Shown: positions 21,299 to 30,186 of the stretch, piece after piece | How the letters are laid out: each line of letters starts with the position of its first letter | Position numbering within the stretch: the first letter of the stretch is position 1 | DNA from: an uncultured Verrucomicrobiae bacterium | GTDB taxonomy: Bacteria; Verrucomicrobiota; Verrucomicrobiia; Opitutales; JABDGR01 | Assembly (NCBI GenBank): GCA_963765205.1 | Contig: CAVXVB010000009.1 | Coordinates: 832,001-896,000, forward strand | DNA: 64,000 nt | Direction: 5' to 3' | Made by a program: the position numbers and the translations under genes | Notes under the pieces: generated by a model | Told to the model about the DNA's origin: nothing | The model's database searches: none | Seen by the model: the letters and a program-made list of their open reading frames with translations, nothing else

Positions 21299-21604
21299 TC
21301 AGTTCTGCTCCATCTGCTGTTGCAGCGACCAGTGGATGTTTTCCAGCAGACTGCAAAAGTGGTGGCATTGGCCATCCCACGTCTCCGCGTCGGAGCCCGC
21401 GCGCCGGTATTCAATCTCCTGGCTGAGTTGAAACAGCTTGGGCAGGCCGAGCAGGCCCAGCGTATTGCGCAATTCGCCCGCGAGGCCGCGCACGGCGGAC
21501 TCATCGCTCCGGTGCAAGGCGGCTCGCAATTGCGGCACCCGGGCGCTCATGGCGCCGAGGCAGAGTTGGAACACAAACCGGTCTTTGGCAGCAGGGGGTC
21601 TCAT
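21299..21604 (-). CDS. Hpt-like four-helix protein lacking the phosphoacceptor His
   Basis: AALHRSD...VRGLAGELRNTLGLLGLPKLFQLSQEIE follows the Hpt pattern with G at the usual His. Confidence 0.55.
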   Translation of the reverse strand: MRPPAAKDRFVFQLCLGAMSARVPQLRAALHRSDESAVRGLAGELRNTLGLLGLPKLFQLSQEIEYRRAGSDAETWDGQCHHFCSLLENIHWSLQQQMEQN

Positions 21605-21653
21605 GGCAGGGTTGAGTTAGGGAAGGAGGGCAGTTGGTCGGTGTTTTGAATAT

Positions 21654-22319
21654 TTACGCCGCGGCCGCAGCGGATTGATTCGTGGCGGCAAAGCGGGTGG
21701 CATGCGCGGCTGGCAGGCGAAATTCAAAATGCGCGCCACCTTCGCAGCGGTTGCGCATCCCGATTTTGCCGTGGTGGGTTGCGATAATTTGCCGGCTCAA
21801 GACCAGCCCGCGATCGGCCCCGGCGTCATCCGCGTCCAGGAGGCTAAAAAAGTGCTCTTCGTCTTCGAACAGTTCATTTTGCTCATCAAGCGGCACACCC
21901 GGGCCTTCGTCATCCACCCAGAGGCGCACCACGCCGTTTGCGCAGCACGCGCCCAAGGTGATGGTGCTGCCCGCCGGGGAGTATTTGATGGCATTGGAAA
22001 GCAGGTTTTCCAGCACGCGCTGGATGCGGACTTCGTCGCACTCGGCGAGCAGGGCCGAGGCGGGCATCTCCACTTTCAGGGTGATTTGTTTGTGGGCGGC
22101 AATCGGTTGAAAGATCCACTCCGCCAGGCGCACTATTGAGGCCAAATCTTTTTTGGAGAATGGCTGGGTCTTGCGCCACGGGCTGTTTGTTGAAGTGGCC
22201 GGGCGACTGGCAGGCTTGGCTGGGCTGCTGGCTCCGAGGAGCTGCGGCGCAGCGACAAATTCGCGCTGCGTGCGGATGAACAGGTGCTGGAAGGCGTTGG
22301 TGAGTGAGGTGGCATTCAT
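21654..22319 (-). CDS. Stand-alone histidine-kinase ATPase (HATPase_c) domain protein
   Basis: N box NLLSNAIKYS, G1 DDEGPGV, degenerate G2 (AGADRGL); no HisKA H-box seen. Confidence 0.75.
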   Translation of the reverse strand: MNATSLTNAFQHLFIRTQREFVAAPQLLGASSPAKPASRPATSTNSPWRKTQPFSKKDLASIVRLAEWIFQPIAAHKQITLKVEMPASALLAECDEVRIQRVLENLLSNAIKYSPAGSTITLGACCANGVVRLWVDDEGPGVPLDEQNELFEDEEHFFSLLDADDAGADRGLVLSRQIIATHHGKIGMRNRCEGGAHFEFRLPAAHATRFAATNQSAAAAA

Positions 22320-22539
22320 GGTTCCTCATCTTCGCCCAACCCGGGGAATTCGCCCATTGGGAAAAACCCGGAACGGGTGGGGGTGTTATCGGGTAAATGC
22401 CTCCGGGGAATCCTGTAGGGAGGCGCCGAAAACCTCCTGATTCTCCCTCGGAAACAGCGTTTTCAGGCCGTCCTGGGTGCTTTGATCAAAAATTTCTGAA
22501 TTTATCGCCGTCGCTTCCCTGGCTGGTCTCGAACACTCC

Positions 22540-23772
22540 CTACTGCTCTGCATTTCGATGCCGCATCACTGCATGACGCACCGCTGCGGCGAGCGCCGCG
22601 GCATTGCGCGCGGCGTCAAAGTTTTCCACCACCCAGGCATGGGCGCGCCGACGGATGGCTTCGGTTGCCTCTCCGTCGCGGATCGCGTGCAAAATCGCGT
22701 CGTGCCAGCTCTCCCAATCATCCAATGCAGCGACAAAACCTGTTTGCCCGTGAATCACCGCCTCCATCGCTCCGGGCATGGGACTGGTGATAACCGGCAC
22801 CCCCGCGACCATCGCTTCGGGGATGACATTCGGCAGGCCGTCCCGGTCGCCGTCCGGTGCGACGATGCCCGTGAATAAAAACACGTCCGCCCACTCGCGC
22901 TGGAGTTTCGCCACTTCGCCATAGGCCAGCGCGCCAGTGATGTGGGTGCAATCTTCCAGGTCGAGTTCACGCGCGCACGCGCGCAGGTTGCGCTCGAGCG
23001 GGCCGCCGCCAATAATGCGGCACTCGAAGGTGATTCCACTCGCGCGCAAATACCGCAGCACCCGCAGCAATTCTGGAAATCCCTTTTTGGGGATGAGCCG
23101 CCCGATGGCGAGCAAATGCAAAACCCGGCCTGGCGCGCGCCGTGGCGGTAGCGGTGGGATTTCACCGAGGCCGCGGCGAATTAAAACAATGTGCGAAGCG
23201 TTGGCCCCGCGATCAAGGAGGCGCGCGCGCGTTGCCAAGGTCGTCGTGTGGATCAGGCGCGCGTCGCGCAGCTTTTCTTCGAGCAGCCAGTCACCGCCGT
23301 GCTGAAACACATCGAAGGCGTGCGCACCCATGGTGTAGGGAACGCCCAGGAGGCGTTCGAGCATCCACCCGGCAGCGGCGGGCGTCGTGGCCCAGACGGC
23401 ATGGCACAAATGCAGGCGCTGCGCGAGCATCTCAAATCGCCGCGAGTAAACCAGCGCAAACCCCAAACCGAGCAAATTTTCCCCGGCGTTCAGCCCCGAT
23501 GGTGGCGGCCGGCGGGTGAGGGCGGTGGCGATTTCGAGCAGCACGCGTGGTCGCCGCCACAACCAGTAAGGCAACCACCAAAACAGGCTCAGCAATTCCC
23601 GCAAATCAAAGCGTTCAACGGCCAAGCCCTCCCATTGTTCCGCGCCGCCCCAGAGCGAGTGGAGCGTGAAATCCACGGGCTGCGCGCGCATGGCCCGCAC
23701 CTCGCGCTGCAAAAAAGTCTCCGACGCCTCGGGAAAGGTCGTGAACAGGTAAGCAAGGCGCAGGCGGGACAT
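22540..23772 (-). CDS. Glycosyltransferase family 4
   Basis: FPEASETF, GRLIPKKG, DRDGLPNVIPEAM. Confidence 0.88.
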   Translation of the reverse strand: MSRLRLAYLFTTFPEASETFLQREVRAMRAQPVDFTLHSLWGGAEQWEGLAVERFDLRELLSLFWWLPYWLWRRPRVLLEIATALTRRPPPSGLNAGENLLGLGFALVYSRRFEMLAQRLHLCHAVWATTPAAAGWMLERLLGVPYTMGAHAFDVFQHGGDWLLEEKLRDARLIHTTTLATRARLLDRGANASHIVLIRRGLGEIPPLPPRRAPGRVLHLLAIGRLIPKKGFPELLRVLRYLRASGITFECRIIGGGPLERNLRACARELDLEDCTHITGALAYGEVAKLQREWADVFLFTGIVAPDGDRDGLPNVIPEAMVAGVPVITSPMPGAMEAVIHGQTGFVAALDDWESWHDAILHAIRDGEATEAIRRRAHAWVVENFDAARNAAALAAAVRHAVMRHRNAEQ

Positions 23773-23895
23773 GAGGAAGGCGGGAGGTGGAAGGTGGAAT
23801 AAAAGTTGAGTTTATTGGGTCGGGGAGGGGCAATCAAATGCCGGATTGAGTCTGGATATTAATAAAACGTATTTAACCCCAATGGACTCTGTCTT

Positions 23896-25158
23896 TTACA
23901 TTGCTTTTAGCACCAGCGCCACGTTGGCGCCGCCGAACCCGCTGCTGTTGCTCAGGGCGACGCGCGGGCCTTGATCGAGATTGGCGCGGATGATGTTCAG
24001 GCCAGTGGCTTCGGGGTCGAGGATATGAATGTGCGCCGAGCCGGGGGTGAAGCCGTGCTTGATGGCCGCTGCGCAGATGACCGCCTCCAGAATGCTCGCC
24101 AGTGACAGTCCGTGGCCGGTCAGCGCCTTGGTCGAACTGATGGCGGGGCCATGGCCAGAATTAACGCCAAACACGGTTTTGAGCGCGCGCAGTTCGGAAA
24201 GGTCGCCGATGGGGGTAGAAGTGGCGTGGGCGTTGATATAATCCACATCGCCCGGTTGCAAGCCCGCCCGCCGTAGCGCGAGGCGCATGGCTTGCGCCAA
24301 GCCGCTGCCCTCGGGATGCGAAATCGCGACATTGTGGCCGTCGGACGCCATGCCCCAGCCGGGCATCTCGCAATAAATTTCCGCACCGCGCCGCTTCGCC
24401 TCTTCCTCAGTTTCAAGCACCATCGCGCACGCCCCGCCCGCGCCGACAAAGCCGTCGCGATCTTTATCGAAGGGCCGCGACGCGGTGTTCGGATCCGGGT
24501 TCAAGCTCAAGGCACGCATACCGGCAAAGGGCAAAATTGTCTCCAAATTTCCATCTTCACCTCCGACGACGAGCATCCGCTTCTGGCGGCCGGCGGCCAC
24601 TTCCTCCCACGCAAAGCCCAGCGCGTGCCCGGACGACGCGCAGGCCGACGCAAACCCGCACGACGAGCCCAGCACCTTGAACGCCGCGACCAGATTGAAA
24701 CTGAGCGTGCCGACCACCGACGCGACAATGCCCAGCGGTGAACAACGCATGACCCCGTGCTTTTCCAAGCGTGTCAAATTATGATGCAACATCAGCGTCG
24801 AACCCGCCGAGGCCGTGAACAACCCAGTATCCGGGTTGGAAACATCACCCGGCGCGAGCTTGGCGTCGGCGATGGCCTGCGTTAGCGCGCAATATCCATA
24901 GAGCACATGCGGCGCGAAGCCACGCAGGGTCTCGCGCCGGATTTTATAAAGGTCGGGAAAAGTCCAGTCCTCGGGGTCGGGAGACTCCACAGCGAAATCC
25001 TTGACCAACCCGGCCACCCGCACCGGGATATTCGGCGCGTCAAAACGCGGATACAACGACAAGCCGTGGCGCAGGTGGCGCAGACTGTCCACCACCGCCG
25101 CCTGGTCGTTGCCAATCGGGCAGATAAAGCCGAGGCCGGTGATGACTACCTTGGGCAT
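23896..25158 (-). CDS. Beta-ketoacyl-ACP synthase (FabB/FabF family)
   Basis: Cys-His-His triad: SACASSGH, NAHATST, TGH; SRPFDKDRDGFV; SSGFGG. Confidence 0.93.
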   Translation of the reverse strand: MPKVVITGLGFICPIGNDQAAVVDSLRHLRHGLSLYPRFDAPNIPVRVAGLVKDFAVESPDPEDWTFPDLYKIRRETLRGFAPHVLYGYCALTQAIADAKLAPGDVSNPDTGLFTASAGSTLMLHHNLTRLEKHGVMRCSPLGIVASVVGTLSFNLVAAFKVLGSSCGFASACASSGHALGFAWEEVAAGRQKRMLVVGGEDGNLETILPFAGMRALSLNPDPNTASRPFDKDRDGFVGAGGACAMVLETEEEAKRRGAEIYCEMPGWGMASDGHNVAISHPEGSGLAQAMRLALRRAGLQPGDVDYINAHATSTPIGDLSELRALKTVFGVNSGHGPAISSTKALTGHGLSLASILEAVICAAAIKHGFTPGSAHIHILDPEATGLNIIRANLDQGPRVALSNSSGFGGANVALVLKAM

Positions 25159-25220
25159 GAAGACCCGACCGTAGCAGGCAAAAGGCAAAATGGAAAATGG
25201 AAAATCGGCTCTCCCGCCAG

Positions 25221-26186
25221 TTACAAATGCCGTGTTCCCAGCTGCGCGCCGCCAACTGGCGGGGTAAGTTCGCGTTCAGAAGGCAGAGTGGGGGACGCCA
25301 CTTCGGTTGGGCGATGGACCTGTCCGTCGCCATTTGTCTGTGGCGCAGCCGCTTCCTCTGGCAACACGTAATCGAAGGTCAGGCAAATTTCTTCGGCAAA
25401 GGCGACCTTCTCCGTGCCGCAGGTGATGTGACCCTCGAAAAGGCCGAGGGGGTGCTTGATGCGCTTGGGCTTGACCACGAGGGTAAGCAGGTCGCCCGGC
25501 TTGCACACGCGCTGGCAGCGCACGCCGTCACAGGCTGTGAAGAATATTCGCGTGGGCGACACCGGGGCGGTCAACTCCGCCCGCTTGGTCTTGAGCAAGA
25601 ACAAGACCGCGAGCTGCCCGAGCGCCTCGAGCATGATCGAGGCCGGCAACACCGGGTTGTTCTTGAAATGGCCTTCGAGGAAAAATTCGTCGCCGGCGAT
25701 CTTATAAACACCCCGCGCCTCGTCCGAGCGCAGCGTGGCCTCCTGCACGAACAGGAACGGCGGCTGCTGCGGCATGAGCGCCATGATTTCCGCGACGTGG
25801 ACATGCACCGGTCGTTCCGGCAGCGGCAGGCCGCGGATGCGGCAGTCAATGTAGGTCTTCACGTCGCCAATGGTGCGTAGATCACGCAACTCATCGTTGT
25901 TTATTTTGATTTGCAGCACGTCCTCGACGAGCATCACAACCTCTACCATGGTTAGGGAGTCAATTCCCAAGTCGTCGAAAATACGCAAACCGTCACCCCC
26001 GCCATGCAGGCGTGGGCGCACCTCGGGGTCGAGGAACCGCTCAATGATGCCGAGGATGACCACACTGACGCCCTCCGGGGCGCCCGTGGCGCGGTAGTGC
26101 AACGCGCCCCGCACGGTTTCCGGCGAGCAACGCTTAAGTTGCTCGCGCAGGTCTTGTTCGGCTTCGGGAGTAAGTGGGTTGGGCAC
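25221..26186 (-). CDS. Acyl carrier protein fused to a FabZ-type 3-hydroxyacyl-ACP dehydratase
   Basis: ACP motif DLGIDSLTMVEV followed by hot-dog motifs PPFLFV, EGHFKNNPVLP, MLEALGQ in one ORF. Confidence 0.85.
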   Translation of the reverse strand: MPNPLTPEAEQDLREQLKRCSPETVRGALHYRATGAPEGVSVVILGIIERFLDPEVRPRLHGGGDGLRIFDDLGIDSLTMVEVVMLVEDVLQIKINNDELRDLRTIGDVKTYIDCRIRGLPLPERPVHVHVAEIMALMPQQPPFLFVQEATLRSDEARGVYKIAGDEFFLEGHFKNNPVLPASIMLEALGQLAVLFLLKTKRAELTAPVSPTRIFFTACDGVRCQRVCKPGDLLTLVVKPKRIKHPLGLFEGHITCGTEKVAFAEEICLTFDYVLPEEAAAPQTNGDGQVHRPTEVASPTLPSERELTPPVGGAQLGTRHL

Positions 26187-26308
26187 GGGAACCGCCGATA
26201 ATATGAAAAAAAAGACGGTTGGAAAATGTAAAAATTAACCTTTTTACCGCCAGAGTTCAATTCTAGCCTTGCTTTTCACCCACCGAATCACGACATTTGT
26301 GCCCAGCC

Positions 26309-26941
26309 ATGTCCCGTTTGTTTGCCTCCGCGAAAACCCTGGTCTCGAGTCCGCCCGAACATGCGGCCGAGGCCAGTGTGGATTGGGCTCTGGTGCAACG
26401 CGTGCAAGCGGGCGATGTGCGCGCTTTTGACGTGCTCATTCAGAAATACCGCGAGCGCCTGTTTGCGATAATCTACAACCTCACCGCCAACCGCGAAGAC
26501 GCCTCGGATCTCGCGCAAGAAGCCTTCATCCGAGCCTTCCGCTCCATCCAGCGTTTCAAAGGCGATTCCTCCTTTTTTACCTGGCTCTACCGCATTGCCG
26601 TCAACGCCTCCCTGACCCACCTCAAGCGCACGCGGATGCGCCGCTTTTTCAGCTTCGAAACCCTCAGCGAGGAAGTCTCCCAAAGCGAATTGGCCGAAAT
26701 CCTGGCGGACAAGCTCCATGCCGACAAACCCACGCTCATCAAGGAGTTGCAGGAAAAATTGAACGAAGCGCTCCAACGCTTGTCTCTTAATCATCGCACC
26801 GTGGTGATTCTCTTTGAAATAGAAGGCCTGAGTCACCAGGAAATCGCCCAAGTCATGGACTGTTCCGAGGGCACCGTGCGCTCCCGCCTCCACTACGCCA
26901 AACAACAACTGCAATCCTATTTACAAGACTACCTGCGCTGA
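26309..26941 (+). CDS. ECF sigma-70 factor (RpoE-like)
   Basis: DLAQEAFIRAF, FFTWLYRIAVN, GTVRSRLHYA. Confidence 0.93.
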   Translation: MSRLFASAKTLVSSPPEHAAEASVDWALVQRVQAGDVRAFDVLIQKYRERLFAIIYNLTANREDASDLAQEAFIRAFRSIQRFKGDSSFFTWLYRIAVNASLTHLKRTRMRRFFSFETLSEEVSQSELAEILADKLHADKPTLIKELQEKLNEALQRLSLNHRTVVILFEIEGLSHQEIAQVMDCSEGTVRSRLHYAKQQLQSYLQDYLR

Positions 26942-26966
26942 CTCCCGCGTCTGCGGGAACTTCGCC

Positions 26967-27536
26967 ATGCCGGAACCCACCCCAACACCGCGTAAAATTA
27001 CGCTCGAAGAACTGCTGCGCCTGAAGCGTCTTGAACGCCCGGGGCCGGAGTATTGGATGCGCTTCGACCGTGAACTCAATGAAAAGGTTTGGCGCGCTCT
27101 CACGCAACCGGTTCCGCGCACGGACTGGCTGGCGGCGTTCTGGGGCCGTCGCACCCGCTGGCTCGCGGCGGGCGCAGCCTCCCTTATGGCAGTCTTCTTC
27201 TCCTGGTCTGGGCGCATCGGCACTCCTATAATCGTTGCGCACCAGCCGGCCGCTGCTCAAATTGCGGCTAATGAAGTTTCCCTGGCGCCGTCTCCAACTC
27301 CCAGCGAGCCGGTGCATGTGGCCTCCGTTTTGCCTGCACCGATAAAGGCTGATGTTGTGCCAGTGGATGCGCCTTCCCAGTATGCCGTTTCAACGCTCGA
27401 CCCCTCAGTGAATCCTGCCAATGCAAAAATCCCGGCGAAAGTGGTTTTTACCGCCGAGCGCCCCAACGGCGAACGGTATGCTTCAGACGCTCTTTACACC
27501 GCCTCCGGCGCTGCTTGGCGCGAGTCGGCCTATTAA
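26967..27536 (+). CDS. Putative anti-sigma factor (single TM)
   Basis: Directly downstream of the ECF sigma; cytoplasmic N-terminus, one hydrophobic segment, Pro/Ala-rich C-terminus. Confidence 0.6.
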   Translation: MPEPTPTPRKITLEELLRLKRLERPGPEYWMRFDRELNEKVWRALTQPVPRTDWLAAFWGRRTRWLAAGAASLMAVFFSWSGRIGTPIIVAHQPAAAQIAANEVSLAPSPTPSEPVHVASVLPAPIKADVVPVDAPSQYAVSTLDPSVNPANAKIPAKVVFTAERPNGERYASDALYTASGAAWRESAY

Positions 27537-27539
27537 CCA

Positions 27540-28766
27540 ATGAAATCAGCCGGCATACTGACCGCTGGCCTGGCGGCAATTCTATGCACCGGGGCCGCGT
27601 TTGGGCAATCGCCCCAACCGGCGGATGTGGCGTCGGCTCCCCCTGTCATCGCACCGGCGACTGCGACCCCGGCTTCCGCAACAGCCAACGACTTTAAATC
27701 GGGCGATATTTTGGATGCACTGCAGGATCGCTACACGTCCCTGTTTGAAAAAATCAGCCCGGCGGTCGTGAGCGTGAATGCCGCCATCCCCGGTCCCACC
27801 ACCGAGACCCCGCCCACCGCCTATGTTTGGTCCGGCTTTTTCATTACACGCAGCGGCGATATCCTGACCACCAACGCCCATTACCTGCAAAATGCGACGC
27901 GCGTTTGGGTGATCAGCGGCAACGTCGGCTTTACGGCCGAAGTGAAAGGCCTCGATTTGGTGACCGACGTGGCCTTGTTGCACGCCGATTCACTGCCCAA
28001 GAATTTTGCGGTGCTCGACCTCGCCGACCATCCGGACCTTCCTCAAAAAGCCACCATGCTCATGTCGGTTACCTGCAAACAAGGCCAGGATCCCGGTCCC
28101 TCCACCGGTCTCGTGCAGGGTTACAACGTCAATGTTGGCAATCGCGAATTGCCCACGCTCTATTTGCGCACCAACATCCCCGACGATGGTGGCGAGGGCG
28201 GTTCGCCCGTCGTGGATTTGCAAGGCCGCCTGGTCGGCATGATGATTGCCTCCCTCACAGAAAGCCGCTCCTCCCTCGTGCTGCCATCGCGCGCCGCCCT
28301 GCGGGTCCGCGATGATTTGCTAACCAACGGCAAAGTCGCCTACGGCCAACTTGGCTTTCACGGCGAGCAACGCAGCGACACCGCTTCCGGCGTTAATATC
28401 TTTGTCACCAGCGTGGATTACGGCGGCCCGGCCCTCGACGCCGGACTCAAAACGGGCGACGAAGTCCGCACCCTCAATGGCGCCCCCATTAATAACGAAA
28501 CCGATTTGCGCCAGGCTGCTTTCTACCTCCGCCCCGACCAGGATGTCTCCCTCGGCGTGCATCGCGATGGCCAGGATCTCCAACTGACGCTGCACGTTGG
28601 CGAAATGCCCTTGGCCACCGACCTTAATAAGCAATTGGCCACGGAGGCAAAAACCACCCCGCCCACCGCCGCCACCGCGCCCAAGCCCGATTCCGCCCCC
28701 GCCAGCCTCATCCCCGGCGTCGGTGATCCGGCTCTGCCGCCGCCGCCGGTCGAGAAAGTGAAGTAA
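27540..28766 (+). CDS. HtrA/DegP-like trypsin + PDZ protein with non-canonical active-site loop
   Basis: Signal peptide, SGFFI, TTNAH, TDVAL, GGEGGSPVV instead of GNSGGP, one PDZ. Confidence 0.8.
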   Translation: MKSAGILTAGLAAILCTGAAFGQSPQPADVASAPPVIAPATATPASATANDFKSGDILDALQDRYTSLFEKISPAVVSVNAAIPGPTTETPPTAYVWSGFFITRSGDILTTNAHYLQNATRVWVISGNVGFTAEVKGLDLVTDVALLHADSLPKNFAVLDLADHPDLPQKATMLMSVTCKQGQDPGPSTGLVQGYNVNVGNRELPTLYLRTNIPDDGGEGGSPVVDLQGRLVGMMIASLTESRSSLVLPSRAALRVRDDLLTNGKVAYGQLGFHGEQRSDTASGVNIFVTSVDYGGPALDAGLKTGDEVRTLNGAPINNETDLRQAAFYLRPDQDVSLGVHRDGQDLQLTLHVGEMPLATDLNKQLATEAKTTPPTAATAPKPDSAPASLIPGVGDPALPPPPVEKVK

Positions 28767-28775
28767 GCCTCGCCC

Positions 28776-29195
28776 ATGCCCGTCCGCACCGACTTGCTCG
28801 TCGTTCGCACACCCGGCCGCGGCACCCATGAAATCACCGCGCAAGTCGAGGAAGCCCTGCGCCGCTCCGGCCTGCGGGAAGGCACGGTCACCATCTTTTG
28901 CCAGCACACCAGTTGCAGCCTGGTTTTGATGGAAAACGCCGACCCCACGGCGCGGCGCGATTTGCACCATTATCTGGACAAACTGGTGCCCGATGGCGAC
29001 CCGGACTTTGTCCACACCCTCGAAGGCAAGGACGACATGTCCGCCCACATCAAAATGGCCCTGACGCGCAGCGCCGAAATCATCCCGTTCCAAGGCGGCC
29101 GCCTGTTGCTCGGAACCTGGCAGGGGATTTTCCTCTGGGAGCACCGCCTCCGCCCCCATCAACGGCAGTTGGTGCTGACGTTGATGGGTGAATGA
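28776..29195 (+). CDS. yjbQ: YjbQ/UPF0047 family protein
   Basis: HTSCSL..ENADP, HIK, LGTWQGIFLWEH. Confidence 0.9.
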   Translation: MPVRTDLLVVRTPGRGTHEITAQVEEALRRSGLREGTVTIFCQHTSCSLVLMENADPTARRDLHHYLDKLVPDGDPDFVHTLEGKDDMSAHIKMALTRSAEIIPFQGGRLLLGTWQGIFLWEHRLRPHQRQLVLTLMGE

Positions 29196-29207
29196 GCCGG
29201 GAGGGGA

Positions 29208-29289
29208 TTCACCGCAAAGAAGCGAAGATCGCCAAGGAGAATTTGGGCGGTAAAGCCAGTTTTTGCGATCTTCGCGGTTTTGCGGTGAA
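29208..29289. repeat. Intergenic inverted-repeat element
   Basis: TTCACCGCAAA..GCGAAGATCGC ... GCGATCTTCGC..TTTGCGGTGAA. Confidence 0.7.
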
Positions 29290-29353
29290 AGCTACGGGAT
29301 ATTCCCACGCAATCAGCATTGCTTCGCGCAAAATTGCGGCCTAATTATCCTGC

Positions 29354-30169
29354 ATGTTTTTCCTCCGGCATTCCAGCCGCTTTTGCCGCGCCACCCTGGC
29401 CTTGCTCACGCTCAGTCTGGCTGCGGGCTGTGGCAACGCCACCAAACTTGTCGTCGCCCCGGAGACGGACGACCGGCAATACCAATACGGCGAAGAAATG
29501 CTCAAGGAAAACCGCCCCGACGACGCGCTGGCCGCCTTCCTGAATGTTATCAAGGCCCGCGAGGACGACGCCCCCGAATCTCATCTCGAAACCGGGCTGC
29601 TCCTGCTCAATGTCAAGAACGACCCCATCGCCGCCATCTATCATTTTCAAAAATATCTCGTGGCCCAGCCCAATTCCGAGCAGGCGCCGCGCGTGAAGCA
29701 GTTGATTGAGACCGCCGAAAAGAACTTTGCCCGCTCCCTGCCGATGCACCCCGACAGCGCGTATGACGAAGCCGACTTGATGGACCAGATCAAAACCCTG
29801 CAAACCGAAAACGAAAACCTGCGCCAGCAGTTGGCAGGCTCATCCGCCTTTCGTGCGGCCAGTGGTCTCCCCTCCGGAAACACCCCCGCTACGGTCATGC
29901 CCGTCACGCCCATCGCGAATCCCGCCCCTCCCGCCCCGCGCGCGTCCGTTCCGGTCACGGCCGCGCCGGTTGCTTCCGTCACCGCCATCACTCCGACTCC
30001 CTCCACGAACACTTACACCGTCAAGGAACACGACACGCTGATGTCCATCAGCCAGACCCTCTACGGCACGCGCAGCCGCTGGCAGGACATCTACAACGCC
30101 AATCGCGACAAACTGCCCAGCCCCGAATCGCTGCACCCCGGTCAAGTTCTCAACCTGCCGAAGAAGTGA
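29354..30169 (+). CDS. Lipoprotein with TPR-like region, coiled coil and C-terminal LysM domain
   Basis: Lipobox LAAGC; YTVKEHDTLMSIS...IYNANR...LHPGQVLNLP. Confidence 0.85.
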   Translation: MFFLRHSSRFCRATLALLTLSLAAGCGNATKLVVAPETDDRQYQYGEEMLKENRPDDALAAFLNVIKAREDDAPESHLETGLLLLNVKNDPIAAIYHFQKYLVAQPNSEQAPRVKQLIETAEKNFARSLPMHPDSAYDEADLMDQIKTLQTENENLRQQLAGSSAFRAASGLPSGNTPATVMPVTPIANPAPPAPRASVPVTAAPVASVTAITPTPSTNTYTVKEHDTLMSISQTLYGTRSRWQDIYNANRDKLPSPESLHPGQVLNLPKK

Positions 30170-30186
30170 TGGTCCCGCCGCCGGCC

